Below are positions 37,289 through 46,518 of a DNA stretch of 64,000 nucleotides, piece by piece. Numbering within the stretch: position 1 is the first letter of the stretch; every line of letters begins with the position of its first letter. This stretch comes from an uncultured delta proteobacterium (GTDB lineage: Bacteria > Desulfobacterota > Binatia > Binatales > Binataceae). The notes beneath the pieces are model-generated. The model saw only the letters and a program-made list of their open reading frames with translations, had not been told where the DNA came from and did not search any database. The translations under genes were made by a program, and so were the position numbers. The DNA lies in contig CAVQEQ010000004.1 of assembly GCA_963711565.1 (NCBI GenBank), positions 864,001-928,000 of the forward strand. The letters are read 5' to 3'.

Positions 37289-38230
37289 CTAGTCCTCATG
37301 CCACGCCGCGAGTGTCCCGATGCCGGTGGTCTCGCGATGAAAGGTTGCGGTAATGATTTTGCGGGCGCCCGCATAAGTCCCGGTCCCGGTAAGCGTGAAG
37401 AACTGGCTGCGCATGTCAACGTCCTTGGACAGGAGCTGCGCCACGTCGGCGAGATCGGGCAGGTTCATGATGTCGGTCGGCTGGGTGAACGGCCGGATCG
37501 CGCGCGCGTCGAGAATCGCGAGCACCAGTTTCTGATCTTCGGTCAACTGCGGCTCGAGCGCGGCCAGCACTTGCGGTGGCGCGGTGTTGGCGTTCACTGC
37601 CGTCTCGGCCATCACGGTCAGGAACGGGCTCACGCGGTTGAAAATAGCCTCGTTGAATCCCTGGACCATCTGCAGATCCCCAATCGTCGGCATCGCGCCG
37701 TAGCGCGGCTGATATGGCGGTTTCAGTCCCAGGTAGTAATCCCCGATGCTGTTGCCACTGCCGTTGTTCGGCGTAATCCAGTCGACGATACCTTGAACCA
37801 AGTCGGGGCTCACGTCGAGCACCGTGAAAAGCCGCTGCACCTTCTGAATCGCAGCCAGGTTGGGGGCATTGTTTTGAATCATCGAGTTCAAATTGATCTT
37901 GCGGCCTTCGTCCACGATCGACAACGTGACCGTGCCGCCACCGAGCGGCATCGGAGGAAACGGCACCGCCCACGGGTCGTTCAAGGTCTCGGCCGGGGTC
38001 TGCTCTTGTTGCTTTGCGCGCGCGTCGGCCGCCAGCAGGCCGAGGCCGACGTTGATTCCCGAGCGGGCAAGGTAGCTGGAGCGCAACTCGTTGGCCTGGT
38101 TGGCGGCGGACACGAATCCGAGTCCCGAGGACATCGCGAAATCCACGACGACCAGAGTCATCAGGGCGATTCCCAGCAAGACCGCCAGCAACGCCACGCC
38201 GCGCTCACTCTTTTGCAGCCGCTTTACCAT
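37289..38230 (-). CDS. gspK: Type II secretion minor pseudopilin K
   Basis: ERGVALL, DEGRKINLN, IVDW, VNANTAPPQVL. Confidence 0.9.
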   Translation of the reverse strand: MVKRLQKSERGVALLAVLLGIALMTLVVVDFAMSSGLGFVSAANQANELRSSYLARSGINVGLGLLAADARAKQQEQTPAETLNDPWAVPFPPMPLGGGTVTLSIVDEGRKINLNSMIQNNAPNLAAIQKVQRLFTVLDVSPDLVQGIVDWITPNNGSGNSIGDYYLGLKPPYQPRYGAMPTIGDLQMVQGFNEAIFNRVSPFLTVMAETAVNANTAPPQVLAALEPQLTEDQKLVLAILDARAIRPFTQPTDIMNLPDLADVAQLLSKDVDMRSQFFTLTGTGTYAGARKIITATFHRETTGIGTLAAWHED

Positions 38231-38874
38231 TCCTGTATCGCCATCGGCACGGTGACCTGTGTCGCGAAGTCCATCACGTGACCGCCCGGCGCCGCCATCT
38301 TTATCTGGATCGCCACCGCGACCGGCAACTGGGTTCCGCGCGGCTGACTCGAGGAGTCCCAGCTCTCGTCCCATTTCTGGCCGTCAAAGTAGCGAAAGTG
38401 GAGCGACATCACATTGTCCGCGAGCACTGTCGTTTGCTGCGCGACCGTGCTCGTCAGCAATCCGCTTTGCTGCGAGCGCTGGAGCATGTAGCAGCCGGGC
38501 TGGTCGGGATTCGCGGTCAAATTGTACGTGACTATCGACTCGGGCGTCATGCCGGTGAGCGCTTTGCGATGGCCGGCGCTGAAGGTGGACAACGTGATGG
38601 CGTCGATCGCAACGCCATTGCCCATGTGACCGCTGCCGAGCAGCGCGACGTTGCTGAGAGCGTACGGCGTCTGCACGGCATTGCGCAGTTCCTTGGTCAG
38701 TTGCCACAACAAGGAGCGGCCCTCGCGATCGACCATGAGCCGGCCCTCGGCGTGCACCTTGCTATGCGCGATCGTGCTGAACGAGCTGGCCAGCATCGTG
38801 AGGATCAGCGCCAGCACGCCGATTGCGAGCATCATCTCGATGAGCGTGAAGCCGCGCGGCGCCCGATCCGTCAC
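38224..38874 (-). CDS. gspJ: Type II secretion minor pseudopilin J
   Basis: RGFTLIEMM prepilin motif; FRYFDGQKWDESWDS..LPVAV. Confidence 0.87.
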   Translation of the reverse strand: MTDRAPRGFTLIEMMLAIGVLALILTMLASSFSTIAHSKVHAEGRLMVDREGRSLLWQLTKELRNAVQTPYALSNVALLGSGHMGNGVAIDAITLSTFSAGHRKALTGMTPESIVTYNLTANPDQPGCYMLQRSQQSGLLTSTVAQQTTVLADNVMSLHFRYFDGQKWDESWDSSSQPRGTQLPVAVAIQIKMAAPGGHVMDFATQVTVPMAIQEW

Positions 38875-39344
38875 AGTACACCTCCGGCCGGCGTCGTCGG
38901 AGTTGTGCCGTTCTGAGGCGCTCCGGTCGTCGTGGTGGTGGTTGTTGTATCGGGCGGAATCGGCGAATGCAGGAACTCGACGAGGCCGAAATTTTGCGAA
39001 AGGTTGGGACCGTAGCGAATCACGACCTCAACCTTGCGCACGTCGGGGAACATGCCTGACTCCTCGACATTCCGTGACCATCGGAAGTCGGGGAACTCAC
39101 CGGGAAAGGCCGAATCGAAATTGCCGCTGGTGATGCCGAGATCCGGAAATCGCTCGATCTCCGCTTCAGTCATGACCGCCTGCGCGAGCATCGAGGCTCG
39201 CGTCATCTGCTGCGCGCGAATCACGGATTGCATGCTCTGATGCTGCAGTCCGAGCAGACCGAGCAGCGCGATTCCGAGGATCGCAATCGCAACCATCACC
39301 TCGAGCAGGGTGAATGCGCGCGCGCGCCGGCGAAGTGGATTCAC
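38871..39344 (-). CDS. gspI: Type II secretion minor pseudopilin I
   Basis: AFTLLEVMVAIAI prepilin motif; position in operon. Confidence 0.85.
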   Translation of the reverse strand: MNPLRRRARAFTLLEVMVAIAILGIALLGLLGLQHQSMQSVIRAQQMTRASMLAQAVMTEAEIERFPDLGITSGNFDSAFPGEFPDFRWSRNVEESGMFPDVRKVEVVIRYGPNLSQNFGLVEFLHSPIPPDTTTTTTTTGAPQNGTTPTTPAGGVL

Positions 39345-39922
39345 TGCGTCATCCCCGGCGGCATCACGTCGCCGCTGACGATCGCAACCTGGCCCGTCAA
39401 TGGAGAAAATTCGAGCGTCATCACGTCGCCGGAAGCGTCCTCAAGATGCACCACGGTCGCATCGACGTAACCCTCGGGATAAAAGTTGGTCGCGACCACG
39501 CCGCGATTGACGGTGCCGATTCCTTCGACCGTTACGTCGCGAATCCGTATCGCCGAGGGCAGCATCACCGGCTTGCCCGACAGGCTGTTGTCCGGCGCGA
39601 ACACCGGCTGCACCGCGTAGGGATCGAGTTGCGCGGCGGCGTAGCCGTTGTTGTCGAGATCGAAGATGAGCCGCAGCACGAGTTTGTGGCCAGTAGCCTC
39701 GTCGAACATGTAAGTTGCACGGCCCGCCAGCCGGCGCGCCTGGCTCTTCAGCGCGGCCTCGCGAAATCCGCCGAGATACGGCAGCGCCAGCGTCAGCATG
39801 AGACCCATGATAAAAATTACGACCGCGAGCTCTAGCAGCGTGAAGCCCGCCGACTCGGACGACACACCGGCGCGCGCGCTCGAAGCGGCGCGGCGAAGAG
39901 TTGGCCCGGGCCGGCACTTCAT
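39341..39922 (-). CDS. gspH: Type II secretion minor pseudopilin H
   Basis: GFTLLELAVV; FYPEG motif; start uncertain (39922 or 39949). Confidence 0.83.
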   Translation of the reverse strand: MKCRPGPTLRRAASSARAGVSSESAGFTLLELAVVIFIMGLMLTLALPYLGGFREAALKSQARRLAGRATYMFDEATGHKLVLRLIFDLDNNGYAAAQLDPYAVQPVFAPDNSLSGKPVMLPSAIRIRDVTVEGIGTVNRGVVATNFYPEGYVDATVVHLEDASGDVMTLEFSPLTGQVAIVSGDVMPPGMTQ

Positions 39923-39929
39923 GGCGTCG

Positions 39930-40349
39930 TCACTGCGTTTGACTGGCATCTATATCGTCCGAACTCTCGACACCGTCGGGGCCGAACGATTTCAGAACGT
40001 AAGAGTTCCCGTCGCTCTGGTAAGCGTAGGGCGTACCCCAGGGATCCTGCGGCAGACGCTCGATATAGCCGCCGCTCTCGTAGTTGGCGGGCGTGCGGCC
40101 GTTGGTCGGCGGCGTCACCAGCGCGCTCAAACCCTGATCGGTGGTCGGGTAGTAGCCGTTGTCGAGATAGTAGCGATCGAGCGCGGTCTTGATTTCGGCG
40201 AGGTCGGCTTGCGCCTTAGTCTTCTTGGCCTTGTCGGCGGCGCCGCGCAGACTCTGGACGACGATCGTCGCGAGCAGGCCGAGGATCAGAATAACCACCA
40301 TGATTTCAATCAGGGTGAAACCGTCCTGATTGTACCGACGTGACTTCAT
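39930..40349 (-). CDS. gspG: Type II secretion major pseudopilin G
   Basis: GFTLIEIMVV, YYLDNGYYPTTDQGL, LPQDPWGTPY, SFGPDG..DDI. Confidence 0.95.
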   Translation of the reverse strand: MKSRRYNQDGFTLIEIMVVILILGLLATIVVQSLRGAADKAKKTKAQADLAEIKTALDRYYLDNGYYPTTDQGLSALVTPPTNGRTPANYESGGYIERLPQDPWGTPYAYQSDGNSYVLKSFGPDGVESSDDIDASQTQ

Positions 40350-40372
40350 CGCGGTTACCTCCGGCGCGTCTC

Positions 40373-41602
40373 TCATTGCATCAACTGGTTGAGCTGGAAG
40401 ATTGGCATCAGCACTGCCAGCATCATGAACACGATAATAGCAGCCATCGCCAGCGTCATCACCGGCTCCAGCACGGTGGTCATCTGGCTGAGCGAGTGCG
40501 AGACTTCACGCTCGTAGTTGTCGGCAACCCGCTCGAGCATCTGCTCTAGTTCGCCGGAGCGTTCGCCGACGCGGATCATTTCGATCAGCAGCGGCGGAAA
40601 CAGCCCGCTCTGCGCCAGCGTCTGCGCCATGCCGTGGCCTTCGCGGATACTTTCGCGGCTCTGCTCGACGGCGTCCTTGAGCAGAACGTTGGTCACCACG
40701 CCTTTGACCGCGTCGAGCGACGGCAGCAATTGGACGCCGCTGGCGAGCAGGGTGGCGAGAGTCCGCGCAAAGCGCGCGCAGATGATTCGAATCAGCGTCG
40801 GCCCGATGTAATACACCTTGAGAATCGCGGTGTCCCACATGCGGCGGCCGCGCGGCGTCGCCATCCCGGCGGTGAATCCCGCGACCAGCCCGACGAGCAA
40901 AAGCCCCAGCGGAATATAATAGCCGGTGACCAGACCCGAAAACGTAATCAGGATTCGCGTCGCCAGCGGCAACGCCGCGTGCTGCTCCTCGAAGATCGTT
41001 GCGACCTGCGGCACCACGTACGCCACCAGGAAAGCCATGATGCCGGTGCCGACGCACATCATGATGATCGGATAGGTCAGCGCGCCGCGCACCTTGGTCA
41101 CGAATTCATTCTGGCGCTCGCTGTACTCGGCCAGCCGGTCCAGCACCGCTTCGAGCGCCGCGGCCTGTTCTCCTGCTCGCACCATCCCGATGTAGAGGTC
41201 GGAAAAGACGTCGCGATGATTGCTCAGCGCGTCGGCCAGCGACGAGCCCTCGCGCACGCGCTCGCGCACCTGCGAGAGCATCCGCTTGGTCGCGGCGCGC
41301 GACGATTGATCGCTGAGCGCGGTGAGCGCGTCAACCAGCTGCACGCCCGCGCCGAGCAGCGCGCTCAACTGCCGCGTCAGCAGAGCCAGGTCCGCCGCCG
41401 GCATCTTGCGCTTCCACAGCGAAGGCAGCCACTCGCGCTTGGCGGCAGTGCGTTCGGCGGCGCTGGATTCTTCGTTGAGGACAGTCGGGAAGATGCCCGA
41501 CGCCCGTAGCTTGCCGCGCGCCGTGCGCGCGCTGTCCGCGTCAACCACGCCGTTGACGGAGCGGCCGTCGGCGCCAAGTCCTCGATAAGCAAATACTGGC
41601 AT
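40373..41602 (-). CDS. gspF: Type II secretion inner membrane platform protein F
   Basis: MPVFAYRG, TRQLSALLGAG, ALTYP, MIRVGERSGEL, LEP. Confidence 0.94.
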   Translation of the reverse strand: MPVFAYRGLGADGRSVNGVVDADSARTARGKLRASGIFPTVLNEESSAAERTAAKREWLPSLWKRKMPAADLALLTRQLSALLGAGVQLVDALTALSDQSSRAATKRMLSQVRERVREGSSLADALSNHRDVFSDLYIGMVRAGEQAAALEAVLDRLAEYSERQNEFVTKVRGALTYPIIMMCVGTGIMAFLVAYVVPQVATIFEEQHAALPLATRILITFSGLVTGYYIPLGLLLVGLVAGFTAGMATPRGRRMWDTAILKVYYIGPTLIRIICARFARTLATLLASGVQLLPSLDAVKGVVTNVLLKDAVEQSRESIREGHGMAQTLAQSGLFPPLLIEMIRVGERSGELEQMLERVADNYEREVSHSLSQMTTVLEPVMTLAMAAIIVFMMLAVLMPIFQLNQLMQ

Positions 41603-41624
41603 GGGTGAAAATTAAGCGGGCGCT

Positions 41625-43340
<1,716 letters not shown>

Positions 43341-43543
43341 CAGGCAAGTCCCACGGCAGGCTCGCCAGCAGGCGTCAAGGCGCGTCGATTCAACTCATAT
43401 CGGGCCATCTTTAACGACAACGACTCCCCACCGAACATACCACCATTCCCCCCGCCGGGGCTCAATTAGACACGATGGTTCTGACTAGTTGCAAGCGCGC
43501 GTTCCCCTCGGCACTAACCGGTTGCGCGGCCCCCTGGCCACCG

Positions 43544-44017
43544 CTAGTAATGCACCGCTCCGGGCTGCGTCTGGGTCCCACTCCCAATCGGCGGCTGGTT
43601 GATTCCCAAGCCGAGCCCGCTATGTCCCTTGGCCGGCATTGTGTGCTCGGCTTCCTGCCATGAGACGAGTTTACCCCCAACAAACTTCAAATCTAAAAAC
43701 GTCCCTTTGTCGCCGTCTTTGGTCGAGGTGTACATTACCGCCGCCGCAAGGTCGTTGCTGTTGGGCTTATAGGCGTAACTCCAGACCTCGGTTTCGCCCG
43801 GCAGGTAGGTCCGGATATCGGGCTCGCCCCAGGAATGATGCACCTCGGGCGAGGTTTGGCCGACCTGCAATGAATCGGACATCCGCGTCGCCTTGATTCG
43901 GGTTCCGGCCTGATAGGCGAGGCCGCATCCGGCCAAGATGAGCGCTGCCGACATGATTGCGATGCGGGTGAAGAGCGGGAAGCGGATTTTTTTCGAGATC
44001 GGGAGACTTATCAACAT
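43544..44017 (-). CDS. SmpA/OmlA (BamE-like) lipoprotein
   Basis: Lipobox ILAGC; LQVGQTSPEVHHSWGEPD..EVWSY pattern; start uncertain. Confidence 0.65.
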   Translation of the reverse strand: MLISLPISKKIRFPLFTRIAIMSAALILAGCGLAYQAGTRIKATRMSDSLQVGQTSPEVHHSWGEPDIRTYLPGETEVWSYAYKPNSNDLAAAVMYTSTKDGDKGTFLDLKFVGGKLVSWQEAEHTMPAKGHSGLGLGINQPPIGSGTQTQPGAVHY

Positions 44018-44104
44018 ACCATCCATCGGCGCGATTCTGTGGGCGCCACCCTTGTTTGTCAACGTTATGCTATAGAGCAACGGATATGAACGAGGGAGAC
44101 CCCG

Positions 44105-44338
44105 ATGGCGCGTAAGCTGACTCTGGTGAAGGGAAGGTCGCAGCGCGGCTCGCTGGTTTACGGAATGCGGATTTTCGAACCTGGCAGCCTCGCCGGCGTC
44201 GAGGATGCGCGCGTCAGCCTGGCCGACGGCACCAGCGGGCGCGTCACGATGCATCTGATCGAAGGCACGCGAGTACAAATCCGCCGCCAACTGATGCAGA
44301 GCATCGACGCGTTTTTCGAATTGCTCGACGAACAGTAA
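44105..44338 (+). CDS. Small hypothetical protein (77 aa)
   Basis: GGGAG RBS, typical codon usage, fills the intergenic gap. Confidence 0.6.
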   Translation: MARKLTLVKGRSQRGSLVYGMRIFEPGSLAGVEDARVSLADGTSGRVTMHLIEGTRVQIRRQLMQSIDAFFELLDEQ

Positions 44339-44347
44339 TATAAAAAC

Positions 44348-44393
44348 AATCCGGTCCCCCTTCCCGCGCGGGAAGGGGTTAGGGGTTAGGTTC
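44348..44393 (+). repeat. Family B repeat (single arm)
   Basis: AATCCGGTCCCCCTTCCCGCGCGGGAAGGGGTTAGGGGTTAGGTTC. Confidence 0.82.
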
Positions 44394-44429
44394 CTGAAAT
44401 AGCATCGACCACAAAAGCGGAGAAGCAGC

Positions 44430-45215
44430 ATGGACCTGAAATTCATCAAGTACGAGAAGCGCAACCATATCGCCTACATCACGTTTAACCGGCCCGAGCG
44501 GATGAACGCGCTGCATCCGCCTTGTCACGTCGAGATGGACAACGTGTGGGACGATTTCGTCGCGGACAAGTCGGCGTGGGTCGCGATCGTGACGGGCGCC
44601 GGCGACAAGGGCTTCTCCGCCGGCAACGATTTGCGCTGGACCGCGGAGAATCGCGGGCAGGTGCTCGAAGGCCTACGCGCCAAAGGCGGCTTCGCCGGAA
44701 TCACCGCGCGCTACGACATCTACAAACCGATCATCGCGGCGGTGAACGGATTCGCGCTCGGCGGCGGATTCGAGATCGCGCTGTCGTGCGACATCATCAT
44801 CGCGGCCGATCACGCTCGCTTCGGCTTGCCGGAACCGCGCGTCGGTCTGATGGCGGCGGCCGGCGGAGTGCATCGCTTGCCGCGCCACGTCCCGCTGAAA
44901 ATCGCGATGGGCATGATGCTGACGGGCAAGCACATCACGGCGGCGGATGCGCTGCGTTTCGGAATCGCGAACGAGGTCGTGCCGCTGAAGGACCTAATCC
45001 CGACGGCGGAGAAATGGGCGGCCGAGATCATGGAATGCTCGCCGCTGTCGGTTCAGGCGTCGAAGCAAGCAGCGATGGACGGGCTCGGGATACCGGTGCA
45101 GCAGGCGATCGCGAAGCATTACGATTTGCAGGCGAAGCTGTTCAAATCGAAAGACGCGATCGAAGGCCCGCTGGCATTCTCACAGAAACGAAAACCGAAC
45201 TGGACAGGAGAGTAG
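44430..45215 (+). CDS. Enoyl-CoA hydratase/crotonase family (CaiD-like)
   Basis: FSAGNDL, AVNGFALGGGFE, FGLPEPRVG. Confidence 0.93.
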   Translation: MDLKFIKYEKRNHIAYITFNRPERMNALHPPCHVEMDNVWDDFVADKSAWVAIVTGAGDKGFSAGNDLRWTAENRGQVLEGLRAKGGFAGITARYDIYKPIIAAVNGFALGGGFEIALSCDIIIAADHARFGLPEPRVGLMAAAGGVHRLPRHVPLKIAMGMMLTGKHITAADALRFGIANEVVPLKDLIPTAEKWAAEIMECSPLSVQASKQAAMDGLGIPVQQAIAKHYDLQAKLFKSKDAIEGPLAFSQKRKPNWTGE

Positions 45216-45243
45216 GGCGGCGCGCGACATCTGTGCCCGTTTT

Positions 45244-45369
45244 GACATACTGACGAAGCGACGAACGCGAGCGCATTCTGTCATTCCGACGACGGGAGCG
45301 AACCGACGGGAGGACATGGCTTCTGGCCTCCGGACAGCTTCGCGCAAGCGAAGCCGGTACCGGTTTTGA
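45244..45369 (+). repeat. Family C composite repeat (2 GTCAT units + GCAA-tetraloop tail)
   Basis: GACATACTGACGAAGCG..., GTCATTCCGACGACGGGAGC..., CGGACAGCTTCGC-GCAA-GCGAAGCCGG. Confidence 0.75.
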
Positions 45370-45388
45370 GTTCTGAGTCACAATCGCG

Positions 45389-45604
45389 ATGAATGAACTC
45401 TGGCTAATGCACCAGACGATCGCGGCCCTGCTAGTCGGCGCAACGACGGCGGCTTTCCCGCCAGTAGGCACGGGAGCATTCTGGACAATAGTCGCATTCT
45501 ACGGCGTCATCTCGATCCTGTTCGACGACGAAACCCCGCGCGGCGTCCCCGGCATGGAATATTTCTACGCGACGCGGCCGCATCTGAAAGATCCGCAGAG
45601 TTAG
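45389..45604 (+). CDS. Small hypothetical membrane protein (71 aa)
   Basis: Two hydrophobic segments; co-oriented 16 nt before the next gene. Confidence 0.45.
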   Translation: MNELWLMHQTIAALLVGATTAAFPPVGTGAFWTIVAFYGVISILFDDETPRGVPGMEYFYATRPHLKDPQS

Positions 45605-45620
45605 CATCTCGCCGCTGAAC

Positions 45621-46505
45621 GTGCGTCGCTCACTGATACTCGCACTCGTGATCTTCATGCTTGCATCCTCCGCACGCGCTGCGGATAACGCTGCATCCAG
45701 TTCTGCGCCGTCCTCTTTTGGCTACGGCGTCCTCGCCACGATCGAAGATTATTTCGCCAACTGGTTCGTCCGCTCCGACGCTGCCAAGGCCAGCCAACCC
45801 GACTGGCCCTCTCCTTTGATCACAGTAACGCCATTGCTCGTAGAGCAGGTGCGCTACGACCAGTACTGGGACACGCAATCGCCAAACGGGGTCGCGACGG
45901 ATAATTTCAGCGGCGGCAAGGGCCTGGAGTTGATACCCGAGGGTCACACCGAGCTGTCCATCGGAATGCCGCCGTTCTTGAAGCGCACCTACCCGCGAAA
46001 TACCAACGGCTTCGGCGACCTTCCTTATCTCGTGAAACTGCGCCTGCTATCCGCGAACGAAGCGAACGGCGACTATCTCGTTACCGCCTTCATGGGATTC
46101 ACCGTGCCGACCGGATCGAACGTCAACGGCGCCGGTCATGCGACGTTCACGCCGACGCTCGCCGCCGGCAAGGGCTTTGGCGATTTCGACGTGCAGAGCA
46201 CGGTCGGCGTGACGTTTCCTAGCGGCGGGCTGGATCGCCTCGGGATGCCGCTGGCGTGGAACACGGCCTTTCAGTATCGCGTCGGCAAATATTTCTGGCC
46301 GGAGTTGGAGACCAATTACACGTGGTTCTCATACGGACAGAACACCGGCCACAATCAACTGTTCCTGACGCCGGGCATAGTAATCGGACGGATTCCCATC
46401 AACGATCGCTTCGGCGTGACGCTCGGCACGGGCGACGAGATAGCGGTGACGCGATACCGTTCGATGAACCGCCGCTGGATAGCGTCGGCGCGCATCCCGT
46501 TCTAG
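45621..46505 (+). CDS. Outer-membrane beta-barrel transporter (MetA-pathway/phenol degradation-like family)
   Basis: Signal peptide (ARA), GFGDL, PTG, amphipathic strands, C-terminal Phe. Confidence 0.7.
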   Translation: MRRSLILALVIFMLASSARAADNAASSSAPSSFGYGVLATIEDYFANWFVRSDAAKASQPDWPSPLITVTPLLVEQVRYDQYWDTQSPNGVATDNFSGGKGLELIPEGHTELSIGMPPFLKRTYPRNTNGFGDLPYLVKLRLLSANEANGDYLVTAFMGFTVPTGSNVNGAGHATFTPTLAAGKGFGDFDVQSTVGVTFPSGGLDRLGMPLAWNTAFQYRVGKYFWPELETNYTWFSYGQNTGHNQLFLTPGIVIGRIPINDRFGVTLGTGDEIAVTRYRSMNRRWIASARIPF

Positions 46506-46518
46506 GCGACCCAATCTC

